64,000 nucleotides of DNA from an uncultured Candidatus Binatia bacterium (GTDB lineage: Bacteria > Desulfobacterota > Binatia > Bin18), in contig OZ243961.1 in NCBI GenBank assembly GCA_965214605.1, positions 3,040,001-3,104,000 on the forward strand, written 5' to 3'. The translations under genes were made by a program, and so were the position numbers. Positions 63,215-64,000 of the stretch are shown here, piece after piece. The notes beneath the pieces are model-generated. The model did not search any database. It was not told where the DNA came from and worked only from the letters and a program-made list of their open reading frames with translations. Every line of letters starts with the position of its first letter. The stretch's first letter is position 1.

Positions 63215-64000
63215 ATGCACGAGGCTCTGAGCGTCCCGCTTCCGTACCTGCGTTTTATTATCCTGTTACCCCTGTTGGGGGTGGTGTTTCATGTGTTTTA
63301 CGGCGCGCGGCTGGGCCGTCAGGCGGTCAGCGCCATTGGGCCGGGCGTGGTGTTGGCCTCGTTTCTGCTGGCCGTGTCGGCTTTTTTTCAGCTGCCCGAT
63401 GGGGGCGCGCTGGTCGATCGTATTTTTCCGTGGATTACGGCCGGGGAGTTGCACGTCGACTTTGCCCTGCGGGTTGATAGCCTGTCGGCGGTGATGATTC
63501 TGGTCATCACCGGGGTCGGCTTTTTGATTCACGTCTATTCGATCGGCTATATGGCCGAGGATGCGGACGTCGCCCGCTATTTTGCCTATCTCAACCTGTT
63601 CACCGCCGCCATGCTGGTGCTGGTGATGGCCGAAAACCTGTTGCTGCTGTTTGTCGGCTGGGAGGGGGTGGGGCTGTGTTCGTATCTGTTGATCGGCTTC
63701 TGGTATACCGACGACGAGAAGGCGAGTGCCGGCAAGAAGGCGTTTATTGTCAATCGGATTGGGGATGCGGGCTTTCTGCTTGGCCTGTTTTTGCTGTTTT
63801 GGAGTTTGGGGGAGCACGGCGTATGGACCCTGTCGTTTACCGACATTCAGGCCAATGCCACAGTGCTGTCGGTCGGCACGGTGACCGCGGTATGCGTGCT
63901 GTTGTTTATCGGTGCGACCGGAAAATCGGCCCAGATTCCGCTCTATGTGTGGCTGCCGGACGCCATGGCGGGCCCGACGCCGGTGAGTGCTCTGATCCAT
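63215..64000 (+). CDS. nuoL: NADH-quinone oxidoreductase subunit L (runs off the window)
   Basis: LIHVYSIGYM, GWEGVGLCSYLLIGFW, KAFIVNRIGD, GKSAQIPLYVWLPDAMAGPTPVSALIH. Confidence 0.95.
   Translation, partial: MHEALSVPLPYLRFIILLPLLGVVFHVFYGARLGRQAVSAIGPGVVLASFLLAVSAFFQLPDGGALVDRIFPWITAGELHVDFALRVDSLSAVMILVITGVGFLIHVYSIGYMAEDADVARYFAYLNLFTAAMLVLVMAENLLLLFVGWEGVGLCSYLLIGFWYTDDEKASAGKKAFIVNRIGDAGFLLGLFLLFWSLGEHGVWTLSFTDIQANATVLSVGTVTAVCVLLFIGATGKSAQIPLYVWLPDAMAGPTPVSALIH

Noticed and set aside
63266-64000. 244-aa minus-strand ORF and similar antisense ORFs (2709..3542, 40557..41516, 50010..50960)
   Set aside because: Shadow ORFs opposite recognisable genes in GC-rich DNA

Overview
GC-rich bacterial chromosome segment with three blocks of intact core genes. 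These are (1) an alcohol dehydrogenase, an MFS transporter, an XPB-like helicase and a CaiB CoA-transferase; (2) tRNA-Asn, recR, ybaB, dnaX and the SRP RNA; and (3) tRNA-Ser and a split nuo operon (A-C-D-E-H-J-K-L). Two tRNA-linked accessory islands separate them. Island 1 (~4.9-14.6 kb, abutting the tRNA-Asn 3' end) is mostly pseudogenes plus an intact Fic gene. Island 2 (~17.7-58.4 kb) is inserted between tRNA-Ser(GGA) and ffs, is bounded by a degenerate tRNA-3'-end repeat, and has no recognisable integrase. Island 2 is a decaying defence island with remnants of Qat, BrxL, an RloC-like ATPase, HerA, a DUF1156 methylase, two ABC-ATPase/nuclease pairs, a phage repressor and a degenerate tRNA-Gly. 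Against this decay a few modules remain intact: an 8.7-kb translationally coupled three-gene operon resembling a divergent DndFGH (DptFGH) restriction complex with no modification genes nearby (the best candidate for an undescribed system), a RecQ-PRTase fusion plus DprA pair, and an XRE-ImmA plus PIN module. Three unrelated two-unit direct repeats of 36-38 bp with 35-42 bp spacers were also seen. Family assignments come from motif recognition by eye; no searches were run.
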